Part shown: piece after piece, positions 41,277 to 51,044 of the stretch
How positions within the stretch are numbered: the stretch's first letter is position 1
How the letters are laid out: each line of letters begins with the position of its first letter
From: an uncultured Gemmatimonadales bacterium
GTDB taxonomy: Bacteria > Gemmatimonadota > Gemmatimonadetes > Longimicrobiales > RSA9
NCBI GenBank assembly: GCA_963798085.1
Contig: CAWCRS010000003.1
Span: 480,001 to 544,000, forward strand
Reading direction: 5' to 3'
DNA: 64,000 nt
Position numbers and translations under genes: made by a program
Notes under the pieces: model-generated
The model's database searches: none
What the model was told of the DNA's origin: nothing
Seen by the model: the letters and a program-made list of their open reading frames with translations, nothing else

Positions 41277-41501
41277 GCAACGCGTGCGTGGCCCGCGCGT
41301 ACCTGCACGCCCACGCGAGCCACCGGCCTGCCGGCTTCCTGTTGTCCGACGCGTAAGAGTCTGTCCCTGACCCCGCCTGCCAGTGCGATCGGCGAGAGCC
41401 CTGCCACCGCAATTCGAGTATCGGCCGTGCGGCGGGCGGGCTTTACGCGACCGAACGACACCCCCGCACCGCGTTTCCGGCGGGTGCCCCGGCCGGCCTG
41501 G

Positions 41502-42437
41502 TCAGATGCGCGTAACCTGCGTCACAGCAAGAGCTTCTTGAAACGCGGCTGGGGTGAGCATGGCGCTGCCCGGAGCCACCAGCGCAGCGCTGCCGCAGGC
41601 CGTCGCCCGACGCAGCGCCTCCGCTTCGCCCACACCCATTTCGAGAGCGATCAGCAAACCGGCGAGGAAGGCATCGCCGGCGCCAACCGCAGAGCCCTCC
41701 TGCGCAGGCCCACTGGCATGCCAGACGCCGGCGCGCGTCGCCAGCACGGCGCCTCGCGCACCGAGCGTAATCGCCGCCATCGGACAGGGCAGTGCGAGCA
41801 GCTCGACGGCCGCGGCGGCGGCGGACGTGGCGTCGTCGCCTGCAACGTGCCCGAGAAGCCGCGTGGCCTCGTGCTGATTGGGGACAAGCAGGTCGCAGCC
41901 GGCTGCCGCTGCGAGACGGAGCGCATCGCCGTCACAATCGGGAACGAAGCGAGCGCCTGCCGCACGTGCCGCAGCGCCTGCGCGGGCGTAGAAATCCGCG
42001 GGGAAACCGGGTGGCAGGCTGCCGCATGCAGCCACCCAGCGGCGGGGCCGCTCTCGCAGGAGTTCAGCGAGTGCGCGCAGCAGCTGGTCGGCTTCGGCGG
42101 CAGTGCGGTCCGGACCGGGGCTGTTGAGCAGAAGCGCGCGGCGGGCTTCCCGCTCTCGAACGGCCACGAAAAGCCGTGTCGGCAAGGCAGCCGGAACAGC
42201 GCGCAGCGGCGTGCCTTCTTCCTGCAGGATCACCCGCAGTTCGTAGCCGGTGGCGCCGCCCAGCAGTGCCAGCGCGGTAACGTCCGCGCCGAGGACGTGT
42301 GCCGTACGCGCCACGTTGATACCCTGGCCGCCGGGCCGGCGCCGAGGCTCGGCGATGCGGTTGGCATCATCCCACAGGAGGCGCCCGGCCTCATAGAGCA
42401 GATCGAGCGAGGGATTGGGCGTGACCGTGACGATCAT
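41502..42437 (-). CDS. 1-phosphofructokinase family hexose kinase (PfkB)
   Basis: MIVTVTPNPSLD, PGGQGINVAR, GSLPPG and SAVGAGDAFLAG motifs. Confidence 0.92.
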   Translation of the reverse strand: MIVTVTPNPSLDLLYEAGRLLWDDANRIAEPRRRPGGQGINVARTAHVLGADVTALALLGGATGYELRVILQEEGTPLRAVPAALPTRLFVAVREREARRALLLNSPGPDRTAAEADQLLRALAELLRERPRRWVAACGSLPPGFPADFYARAGAAARAAGARFVPDCDGDALRLAAAAGCDLLVPNQHEATRLLGHVAGDDATSAAAAAVELLALPCPMAAITLGARGAVLATRAGVWHASGPAQEGSAVGAGDAFLAGLLIALEMGVGEAEALRRATACGSAALVAPGSAMLTPAAFQEALAVTQVTRI

Positions 42438-42515
42438 GGCCGGACGCAATGCGGCGGGGTGCATCCGGCCGCACCCCGCCGCTGCCGCAGCGTCAGCTGC
42501 ACGTTACCCTAACGA

Positions 42516-44561
42516 TCAGTTACCGCTGCTGGTCGCGGTCACGGCGCGGAACGCACCCCGCGCGTGTTTCTTGAACCAGTCGCGAAGGTAGAGCTGCGTG
42601 CGCAGGAAATTGGACGGCTTCGACGAGGTGCCGTGGAATTCCTCGTTGAAGCGCACCATGGCTGTGGGCACCTTGCGCAGCTTGAGCGCCTCGTAGAACT
42701 CCTCAGTCTGCGAAATCGGGGTGCGCAGATCGAGTACGCCGGTCATGAGCATGGTGGGTGTCTTCACGTTGCCCACGTACATCAGCGGCGAGCGGCGCAG
42801 GTGCTCGGCGGGATCTTCCCAGGGCAGCTTCTCGAAGTTGTAATACCAGCTGGGGCCATCCGTGGTACCGACGAAGCTGATCCAGTCGATCACCGGGCAC
42901 ATGGCGGCGGCCGCGGCGAAACGGTCGGTGTGGCCGACGGTCCATGCGGTGAGCACGCCGCCGCCGCTGCAGCCGAACACGAACATGTTGTCAGTGTCGA
43001 CGTAACCTTTCGCGATCACTGCGTCGACGCCCTTCATGAGGTCATCGAAGTCCTTGCTGGGGTATGCGTACTTGATCATGTTGCCGAACCTGCTGCCATA
43101 TCCGGTACTGCCCCGCGGGTTCAGGTAAAGCAGCACGTAGCCGTTGGCGACGTGTTCCTGGTATCCGAAATTGAACCCGACATTGAACATCGAATGCGGT
43201 CCGCCGTGGATGGTCAGCATGAGCGGGTACTTGCGTGCGGGATCGAAGTCGGGCGGCTTGACGATCCAGCCCTGGACACGCACGCCGTCGACGGACGTGT
43301 ACCAGATCTCCTCGGTGTCACCCAGCTTCTTGCCGTAGAGGATGTCACCGTTGACATCGGTCAGCTCATGGAATTCAGTGGGTTTCTTCAGATTGAAACT
43401 GACGATGTCGCCCGGATCCTTGGGCGATGTGAGGGTGCCCACGGCGCTGCCGTCAGCGTGGATGTCATCCACGCTCAGCATGTGCTTGCCATCGGTGATC
43501 TTTTTCAGCTGCCCGCTGAGCGGCGCGAAGTAGAGGTTCTGCGCGCCTTCATTCTGCGCGCTGAAATAGACGCCGGTGCCATCGGGTGCCCATATGAGGT
43601 TCTGCGGCGAGCGATCGATATCCGCCAGGACGCGTGAGGCGGAGCCGTCGCTGCCCATAACATAGAGTTTGGAGTCCACCCAGGTGTCGGTGGTCCAATC
43701 GTAGCCGGTGTAGGCGATGAACCTGCCATCCGGCGAGATGGCCGGGCCGTTGTCCGGCCCCTTGCGGGTGGTGAGCTGGCGGATCCTGCCGCTGCCAACG
43801 TCCACGGCGAAGACGTCGGACTCACGCCACGCGTATTCGGCGTCCTCAATGCGCGGACCCGACGAGAACACGAGGGTCCTGCCGTCGGGCGTCCAGTTGG
43901 GCGCGCCCACACTCCAGTCACCGCTGGTGACCTGGCGCGGCGTGCCGCCATCCGCGGGAACCAGGAAGAGCTGCTGCACGCCATCGGCGGTGAAGCCCTC
44001 GCGGTCCTGCCGGTAGTCGAGCTTCTCGACCACGCGCGGCGCCTCTGTCCAGTGCGCGTTGCGCGGGCGCATGCCGGCCACCTGGCCTTCGACGCGCCAG
44101 CCATTGCTGGTCGCGGGCACGAGCATGCGGAACGCGATGCTCCTGCCATCGGGTGACCACTGCAGATCGGCGGGCGCATTGGTGGTGTGCGTCACCTGCG
44201 TCACCGCGCCCTCGGCGTCCATCCAGCGCACGAAGATCTGTGTGCCGCCGGGCTCGCCCTGTGCGAGGTAGGCCACGCGCGTGCCGTCGGGCGACCAGCG
44301 CGGAGCGGAGCCATCCAGCAGTTTGCGCGGCCTGCTGCCGTCGGCATTCATGATATACAGCGACGACGCGTGCCGGTCATTGAGCTTGTCGATCCAGCCG
44401 CGCGTGTAGATGATCTGCCGGCCATCGGGCGACAACTGCGGACCGCTGACGGTCTCCCACTCCAGGTAGTCCGCGAGCGTGATGCGATCGGGCTGTTGTG
44501 CGGCGGCCGTGGAAGCGAGCACGAGGGTAGCCGCAAGCGTCGTGAGCAGCGGGTATCGCAT
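42516..44561 (-). CDS. Secreted S9 family peptidase with a PD40-type beta-propeller
   Basis: WSPDG repeats, IHGGPH, GCSGGG nucleophile, DLRTP and EFHG; GGAGG RBS. Confidence 0.95.
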   Translation of the reverse strand: MRYPLLTTLAATLVLASTAAAQQPDRITLADYLEWETVSGPQLSPDGRQIIYTRGWIDKLNDRHASSLYIMNADGSRPRKLLDGSAPRWSPDGTRVAYLAQGEPGGTQIFVRWMDAEGAVTQVTHTTNAPADLQWSPDGRSIAFRMLVPATSNGWRVEGQVAGMRPRNAHWTEAPRVVEKLDYRQDREGFTADGVQQLFLVPADGGTPRQVTSGDWSVGAPNWTPDGRTLVFSSGPRIEDAEYAWRESDVFAVDVGSGRIRQLTTRKGPDNGPAISPDGRFIAYTGYDWTTDTWVDSKLYVMGSDGSASRVLADIDRSPQNLIWAPDGTGVYFSAQNEGAQNLYFAPLSGQLKKITDGKHMLSVDDIHADGSAVGTLTSPKDPGDIVSFNLKKPTEFHELTDVNGDILYGKKLGDTEEIWYTSVDGVRVQGWIVKPPDFDPARKYPLMLTIHGGPHSMFNVGFNFGYQEHVANGYVLLYLNPRGSTGYGSRFGNMIKYAYPSKDFDDLMKGVDAVIAKGYVDTDNMFVFGCSGGGVLTAWTVGHTDRFAAAAAMCPVIDWISFVGTTDGPSWYYNFEKLPWEDPAEHLRRSPLMYVGNVKTPTMLMTGVLDLRTPISQTEEFYEALKLRKVPTAMVRFNEEFHGTSSKPSNFLRTQLYLRDWFKKHARGAFRAVTATSSGN

Positions 44562-44672
44562 GGTAGCCTCCGGCTTCGGGATTGCGCAGGGGGTTGCAAA
44601 GATATTCCGCACGCGGGAACGACGGCAACGCTGATCGCTGTCGTCGCCTGCAAATCCGTACCGGCTGCGTGG

Positions 44673-45179
44673 CTAACCCTGGGCTGAGACGTCCCGCCTG
44701 CGTTTCTCGAGGCGCTGTTCCCACCAGCGCAGCGGAACCAGGATGATCAGCACGAGCAGGGTAGCGCCGATCGCGGCGACGTAGCGGCGTCCGCCGGCGG
44801 CAATGCCGATGGCGGACACCACCCAAATGGTGGCCGCGGTGGTGAGTCCGTGTGTGTGTCCGCGGTGGTGCAGGATCACGCCGGCGCCGAGGAAGCCGAT
44901 ACCCGTGACGATCTGCGCGGTGATGCGTGTGGGATCCGCGCCGGGTCCGGCGGCGAGGGCGGACGACAGGTTGGTGAGCAGCGCGGCGCCCACGCAGATC
45001 AGAATCGTCGTGCGCAGCCCGGCTTCCTTGCCGGCCGATTCACGCTCGAGGCCCACGGCCGCGCCCAGCACTGCAGCGAGCAGCAATCGGCCGAGCAGAT
45101 CGAGCTGCAGCCATTCTGGTCCGGGGGCGACGGTCGTCGCCAGTGAGAGAATCGGATGATGTGCCAGGCGACGCCTCAC
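44673..45179 (-). CDS. MgtC/SapB family membrane protein (start uncertain)
   Basis: GLERE..K.AGLRT, DPTRI.AQIVTGIGFLGAG and GLTTAATIW motifs. Confidence 0.9.
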   Translation of the reverse strand: MRRRLAHHPILSLATTVAPGPEWLQLDLLGRLLLAAVLGAAVGLERESAGKEAGLRTTILICVGAALLTNLSSALAAGPGADPTRITAQIVTGIGFLGAGVILHHRGHTHGLTTAATIWVVSAIGIAAGGRRYVAAIGATLLVLIILVPLRWWEQRLEKRRRDVSAQG

Positions 45180-45571
45180 GGTAATGTGACGCTGTGCCGG
45201 AGAGACACAGGTACGGGCATAGTGCGCTTGCGGGTCAGCGCGCGACAGGGGGCGGCGGGGGCATCCCGGCCTGAGGACGCGCGCCGGAGGTCCGCGCGCC
45301 GACAGGCCGGGAGCCCGCGGCAATGCATCGGGGGTGAGCACGGTGCTGGCTTCGCCAATGACGCAGGATTATAGACGTCCCGGCTGACAGGAATTCCCCA
45401 CCATTCAGCCACCCGCTGTGGCGGCCGGCATGCGTGGCCGTTCGCGCCGCCCCCCGTGTTCAGGCGAAATTGGTGCGCCCGCGGCCCGTCCGCCTCAACA
45501 GCCAGAAAACAACGGTTCACTGAGCCAATACGGACCCGCTGGCGCTTCGGGCGGCTCGCGGCACGGCCGAC

Positions 45572-46510
45572 TCACGGTTCGAGGTCAATGCAGTACGTCG
45601 TGATGAACTCGAGGAAACGGGAAATGGCCACCATGTCCGGTCCGTTGTAGCGGATGGTGTGCGAGTCGCGGCGCTGCACGATGGGCAGCCATGCGAGCAG
45701 CTCGGCAGGCCGGTAGTTCTTGAAGCTCACGTCGAGCGTAATGGGGCCACGCATCACGAGCGGGTGGAATTGTGCGCGACGCTCCACGCCCGCCTTCACA
45801 CGAGATCGGATCAGCGCCTGCGCGGCCGCGGGTGTGAGCGTGGCGGCCGCGTGGAAGCTGATGGCGCGCTTCACTTCCGCGCCTTCGATCGCTCCGATGA
45901 GACCCTGTGCCTCGTGGACGGCGACGTCGTCGCCCGAGATCATCACGATGGGAACCCCGAACTGACCGGCGATCGCGGCGTTGATGCCGGACTCGGGCAT
46001 GGGCGTGCCGTTGAGCGTCACGCGGGTGAGGCGGGCGCTCGAGATGGTGTGCGCGCGCACGCCCGCCGTGTTGCTGGTGGACGCGTGATAGCCGATGAAC
46101 ACGGCGGCGGCAAAGGTCGAATCAATGCCCTGCATCATCATGAGCGGCCGCGGCCAGGAGCGGATCAGCGTAACGTCGGCTGGCAGCTGATCGGGCAACA
46201 GATTCTCGCCATTGCCGTGAGAGTCGCTGACCACGATCTCCGTGGCGCCGGCGTCGCGTGCGCCCTGAATGGCGGCGAGCACTTCGCCGGTCATCCATTC
46301 GCGAGCTTTGGCGTATTCGAAACCAGTGGGACCGAGCTGATCGGGCGTGACCACGCCGGCCACGCCCTCCATGTCCGCAGAGATGTAGACCTTGAGTCGA
46401 TTCTGCGCGCTGGCGGGCGCGGGTTCGAGCAGAGCGAAGGCGGCGAAAAAGCAGGATCCGACGATAGCCGCGCGGGTACGCTGCGGGGCATACCTGTGGT
46501 GCTCGAACAT
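45572..46510 (-). CDS. dppA: M55 family D-aminopeptidase with an N-terminal signal peptide
   Basis: YISADMEG, VSDSHG, IGYHA and HTIS motifs. Confidence 0.92.
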   Translation of the reverse strand: MFEHHRYAPQRTRAAIVGSCFFAAFALLEPAPASAQNRLKVYISADMEGVAGVVTPDQLGPTGFEYAKAREWMTGEVLAAIQGARDAGATEIVVSDSHGNGENLLPDQLPADVTLIRSWPRPLMMMQGIDSTFAAAVFIGYHASTSNTAGVRAHTISSARLTRVTLNGTPMPESGINAAIAGQFGVPIVMISGDDVAVHEAQGLIGAIEGAEVKRAISFHAAATLTPAAAQALIRSRVKAGVERRAQFHPLVMRGPITLDVSFKNYRPAELLAWLPIVQRRDSHTIRYNGPDMVAISRFLEFITTYCIDLEP

Positions 46511-46620
46511 GGGTCGCCTCCAGTTGTGAGAGCGGCGCCGGGCCCGAATGCGACCTTGCCCGTCGCGAATGGCGCGGGTCAGATTACGGGCTCCACATCC
46601 AGCACGTAAGAGGAGCGGAG

Positions 46621-48696
46621 ATGCAGACCGACCTCATGAAACTCATGGTGGAGAAGCGGCCGCCGCGACTCCGCTTCGATGGGCGCGTCCTGTTTCTGGT
46701 CGATGATGCCGAGCTGATGAAGCGTCAGCTCGACGGCGAGAATCTGCCATTCACGGACGAGCTGCGGGGCAAGCTGCGCGACCAGATCTCCACCGACGAG
46801 ATCACGCCTGCCTACATCTGCTACTACTTCGATGAGACGCTGGGCGAGTTCCCCTATCTCGGCCTGCGCGCGGGCGGTGAATTTCCGGTGAAACGCGGAC
46901 TGGTGCGCAAGGGCGGATTCGTTTGCTCGGTCAGCGGCAAGCGGCGGGGCAAGGGAAGCTCGCGCGAGCAGTCGCCGTATGCCGAGCTGATCGCCGGCAT
47001 CCACGTCGTGATCGCGGAGAACATCGAGCGCATCTACAACGAGAACTGCCAGAACCTCGGCATACTGACGACGACGGACTTCTCGCTGATCGAGCGGCTG
47101 CGCGCGGGCGAGGAGATCGCGCTCGAAGTGTTCACGGACGGCGTGGATCCCATAACGCGCGGCATCATCGAGTATGGCGGGCTTTTCGAGTACAACGTGG
47201 CTCGCCTGCAGGGGCGCGTGGCGCTGCCGCAGGTTTCCTCACAGCGGCCGGTTGCGCCGGGATCGACGGCGGCGCACCGGGCCATGACCATCGCGGAGAA
47301 GATCTTCGCTTCGCGCTGGGTGGTGGATGCGTCGCAGGGCAGATTCGGCGTGCCCTGGGTGCAGCCGGGTGACAGCGGCTTCGTGCGCACGGATCTGCGC
47401 TTTTCACACGAATACGTGACTCCCATGGCGGCCATCTTCTTCGAGCAGAAGCTGGGCACGGATGCCATGGTGACGGACCCATCGTCGATCCTCATGTTCC
47501 GCGACCATCTGACCTACCTGCACGAGGTGATGCCTCCCGAGCGTGTGCAGCTGGGATTGCTCGACGTGGCGAGGCAGCTGGAGGTCAAGCAGCGCACGTT
47601 TGCGGCGAAGCAGGGTGTCCGTCTGTTCGGCGAGCGACTGGGGGCGCGTCTCGGCTCGGAAGCGATCTGCCATTCGAAGATGCTGGAGTCGTACGCCGAG
47701 CCCGGCATGATCATCGTGGGCACGGATTCCCACACACCACATTCGGGCGCGGCAGGATGCATCGCTTTCGGCGTGGGCACCACCGCGATCTTCAATTCGT
47801 GGATCACGAAAGATGTGCGCGTCTCGGTGCCACCGTCGTTCCGCGTCATTGTGCGCGGCGAGCGACCGGCGAACGTGACCGCCAAGGATTTCATGCTGGA
47901 GATCCTGCGCCATCCGTACATCAGGGATGGCCACGCCATCGGTCAGATCATCGAGTACGCCGGGCCGGCGGTGGAGGCGCTGAGCGTCGACGAGCGCGCC
48001 ACAATGACGAACATGGCGGCGGAGGTGGGAGCCTTCACCGGCATCATCGCGCCGGATGCGCGCGTCGTTGACTACCTCGTGACCGAGCGCGGAATGGATC
48101 GTTCCCGCGCGGAGGCGCTGTGCGCTGGCCTCTACTCTGATCCCGACGCCGAGTACGTTAAAGTCATCGAGATCGATGCGTCGCAGCTGCGGCCCATGGT
48201 GGCGTTGCCGGGCGATCCAGGCAACGGCCTGTACGTAGACGAGCTGGGCGACGAGCCGGTGCGCATCGAAGTGGCGTATGCGGGTTCCTGCACTGCGGGC
48301 AAGAAAGAGGATATGGACATGTACGCGAGCGTGCTGAGCGCGGCGCGTGCCCAGGGTCTGCGTGTGCACCCGGACGTGAAGATGTTCATCCAATGCGGCT
48401 CGCAGGAGGTGCGGCAGTACTGCGAACAGCAGGGTTATCTGGATCTGTTCAGCGAGCTGGGCGCGGAGTTCATCGAGCCTGGTTGCGGCGCCTGCATTGC
48501 CGCAGGTCCGGGCACCAGCCGTCGCGCCGATGAGGTGACGATCAGCTCACAGAACCGCAACTTCCCGGGTCGTTCAGGTCCCGGACAGCTCTATCTCGCT
48601 TCACCGTACACGGTCGCGGCCTCGGCCATTACCGGATACATCAGCGAGTGGGTGCCGGGCACGCGACTGCGGCAGCTCGAATCCGTCGCGATCTGA
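46621..48696 (+). CDS. Aconitase-family hydro-lyase; swivel (LeuD-like) domain fused N-terminally to a LeuC-like domain
   Basis: QISTDEI and GSSREQ (swivel); DSHT, GSCTAG, PGCGAC and NRNFPGR (large subunit, three Fe-S Cys). Confidence 0.9.
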   Translation: MQTDLMKLMVEKRPPRLRFDGRVLFLVDDAELMKRQLDGENLPFTDELRGKLRDQISTDEITPAYICYYFDETLGEFPYLGLRAGGEFPVKRGLVRKGGFVCSVSGKRRGKGSSREQSPYAELIAGIHVVIAENIERIYNENCQNLGILTTTDFSLIERLRAGEEIALEVFTDGVDPITRGIIEYGGLFEYNVARLQGRVALPQVSSQRPVAPGSTAAHRAMTIAEKIFASRWVVDASQGRFGVPWVQPGDSGFVRTDLRFSHEYVTPMAAIFFEQKLGTDAMVTDPSSILMFRDHLTYLHEVMPPERVQLGLLDVARQLEVKQRTFAAKQGVRLFGERLGARLGSEAICHSKMLESYAEPGMIIVGTDSHTPHSGAAGCIAFGVGTTAIFNSWITKDVRVSVPPSFRVIVRGERPANVTAKDFMLEILRHPYIRDGHAIGQIIEYAGPAVEALSVDERATMTNMAAEVGAFTGIIAPDARVVDYLVTERGMDRSRAEALCAGLYSDPDAEYVKVIEIDASQLRPMVALPGDPGNGLYVDELGDEPVRIEVAYAGSCTAGKKEDMDMYASVLSAARAQGLRVHPDVKMFIQCGSQEVRQYCEQQGYLDLFSELGAEFIEPGCGACIAAGPGTSRRADEVTISSQNRNFPGRSGPGQLYLASPYTVAASAITGYISEWVPGTRLRQLESVAI

Positions 48697-48714
48697 GACG
48701 CGACCTGCCACGTG

Positions 48715-48879
48715 ATGAATCCCTCTACTGAGGACGCCCCCTCCGTCGCGCCGGGCGGTGAAGCGGACGATGCAGCGGCACGCGCCCGTCTGCGCCGGGT
48801 CGCCGTCCAGGTCATGGTGCTGCAGGTGATCAGTCTGCTTCTCCTCTGGCTGCTGCAGTCGCATTTCGGGAACGGCTGA
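48715..48879 (+). CDS. 54-aa single-helix membrane protein preceding the symporter (not in the ORF track)
   Basis: MNPSTEDAPSVAPGGEADDAAARARLRRVAVQVMVLQVISLLLLWLLQSHFGNG; fills the gap and stops 2 nt before the symporter GTG. Confidence 0.65.
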   Translation: MNPSTEDAPSVAPGGEADDAAARARLRRVAVQVMVLQVISLLLLWLLQSHFGNG

Positions 48880-48881
48880 GC

Positions 48882-50570
48882 GTGCATCCCATCAACTGGC
48901 TGATCGTTGCCGCATACATCGTCTGGGTGGTCTGGGATGGTCTGAAGCGCGTGCGCCGCGCGGACGACGTCGAAGGCTACCTGCTGGCGCGGCGCAGTCT
49001 GCCGTGGTGGGTGGTCGGCCTCTCCGTGATGGCCACGCAGCTGAGCGCCATCACCATGATCGGCACCACCGGACAGGGCGCCACCGACGGCATGCGCTTC
49101 GTGCAGTTCTATTTCGGGCTGCCTCTGGCCATGGTCATTCTCTCCGTGACGCTCGTGCCGTTCCTCTATCGCGCGAAAGTCTACACGGCATATGAGTATC
49201 TGGAGCGCCGCTTCGATGCGCGCACACGCACACTAACGGCGTTCCTTTTCCTGCTTTCTCGCGGCATGTCCTGCGGCGTGATCATCTCGGCGCCCGCCGT
49301 CATCTTCGCATCCATCTTCGGCTGGAATGTGGGCCTCTCCGTCGCACTGTTCGGCGTGCCCGCCGTGCTGTACACGATGCTGGGGGGTGTGCAGGCCGTG
49401 GCCTGGGCCGATGTGAAGCAGATGGCGCTCATCGTCTTTTCGCTGGTGGCCATGGTCATCGTGCTGCTTGCCGGACTGCCTCATGGTGTTGGAGCCGGCG
49501 ATGCGCTTTCCATTGCCGGTGCCGTGGGCCGCCTGCGCACCTTCGATTTCCATTTCAGCCTGACAGAGACGTACACGTTCTGGTCGGGCCTGATCGGCGG
49601 CACTTTCCTCATGATGTCGTATTTCGGAACGGACCAGAGCCAGGTGCAGCGGCACCTGACGGCAAAATCAGTGGATGCGGCGCGCAGCTCGCTTCTGCTC
49701 AGCGCCTACTGGAAGATCCCGCTGCAGGCGCTGGTGCTGCTCGTGGGCATCCTGGTCTTCGTGTTCTATCTCTTCGTGCAACCGCCGCTGCTCTTCAATC
49801 CGGCGCAGGAAGCGCGCGCGCAGCAGGCAGCGCCCGCGGAATACGCCGCATTGCAGGCGCACTTCGACGCCGCGTTCGCGGCGCGGCGGGCGGCTGCCGA
49901 TGCGGTCGCGGGTGCGCGGCACGGTGGCGATGCGACCGCGGGCGCGCAGGCGAGACAGACGTTCCGCGAGCGCGAAGCGGATGTCCAGCAGGTGCGCGAC
50001 AGCGCGCTGGCCCTGGTATCACGTGTGACCGGCGACAATGCGGCGGATGTAAACTTCATCATCCCGCGCTTCGTGCTGGGGCAGCTGCCCATCGGCCTCG
50101 CAGGCCTCTTCATTGCCGGCGTGCTGGCCGCGGCCATGTCCAGCATTGCAGCCGAACTGAATGCTCTCTCGACAGCAACCGTGATCGATTTCTACAAACG
50201 CCGTGTCAGGCCTGACGCACCCGATGCGGTGATCCTGCGCGTGTCCCGCATTGCCACCGGCTTCTGGGGCGTGTTTGCGTGCATTGTCGCTGTCTATTCC
50301 GTGGCTCTCGGCTCGCTGATCCAGGTGGTCAACCGCTACGGTTCGTTCTTCTATGGCTCGATCCTGGGCGTGTTTCTGCTGGCGATGTGGAAGCCGGCCA
50401 GCGCGCGCGGTGCGTTCTGGGGACTGATCGCGGGGATGAGCGCCGTGGGTATCGTCAACTTCGCCGTGCCGTCCGTCGCATTCCTCTGGCACAACGTGAT
50501 CGGCGCTGTCACCGTCTTCGCGGTGGGCAGCGTGCTGAGCCTGGGCGGCGCACCCGCCCCCGCATCATGA
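48882..50570 (+). CDS. Sodium:solute symporter (SSS) family transporter
   Basis: SVMATQLSAIT, TAYEYLERRF, GTDQSQVQR and AAAMSS motifs; many TM helices. Confidence 0.95.
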   Translation: MHPINWLIVAAYIVWVVWDGLKRVRRADDVEGYLLARRSLPWWVVGLSVMATQLSAITMIGTTGQGATDGMRFVQFYFGLPLAMVILSVTLVPFLYRAKVYTAYEYLERRFDARTRTLTAFLFLLSRGMSCGVIISAPAVIFASIFGWNVGLSVALFGVPAVLYTMLGGVQAVAWADVKQMALIVFSLVAMVIVLLAGLPHGVGAGDALSIAGAVGRLRTFDFHFSLTETYTFWSGLIGGTFLMMSYFGTDQSQVQRHLTAKSVDAARSSLLLSAYWKIPLQALVLLVGILVFVFYLFVQPPLLFNPAQEARAQQAAPAEYAALQAHFDAAFAARRAAADAVAGARHGGDATAGAQARQTFREREADVQQVRDSALALVSRVTGDNAADVNFIIPRFVLGQLPIGLAGLFIAGVLAAAMSSIAAELNALSTATVIDFYKRRVRPDAPDAVILRVSRIATGFWGVFACIVAVYSVALGSLIQVVNRYGSFFYGSILGVFLLAMWKPASARGAFWGLIAGMSAVGIVNFAVPSVAFLWHNVIGAVTVFAVGSVLSLGGAPAPAS

Positions 50571-50902
50571 GCCAGGCACGGCTGGAAGCACTCGAGGCCA
50601 TGCGTCTGCGCAACCCCGGGGATGCACGCATCCTGTTCGCGCTGGCCATGGAATATGAAAAGCTGAGTCGCTGGCAGGAGGTGGTGACGCTGCTGCGCGA
50701 GTATCTGTCCCGCACTGATGACCAGGGTAACGCGTGGGGCAGACTGGGCCAGGCACTCTGGCGGCTCGGGCAGAACCGCGAAGCGCTCGAGGCCTACGCA
50801 CAGGGCCTCGAGGCAGCGAGTCGCCACGGTCATCCCGGCATGGCCGCGGAATTCGAGGAAACCCTGTCCCAGCTGCGTGAGGCGTCGGAGGGCAACGGAT
50901 AA
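50567..50902 (+). CDS. Small tetratricopeptide repeat protein
   Basis: ATGA overlap; ILFALAMEY and AWGRLGQAL..G...EALEAYAQG TPR patterns. Confidence 0.8.
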   Translation: MSQARLEALEAMRLRNPGDARILFALAMEYEKLSRWQEVVTLLREYLSRTDDQGNAWGRLGQALWRLGQNREALEAYAQGLEAASRHGHPGMAAEFEETLSQLREASEGNG

Positions 50903-51044
50903 CAGGCGACACGCGAGCGCACCGCGCCGGCTCCATTCTCCGCGTCCTTGCGTTCCCCGAACGAAAGCCGAACTCTTTCTGCTTCGCGCGCGCCGCCGCT
51001 GGCGACGCGCCCACACTCGCTGTTTGGCGGAGTGACAGAAGACG

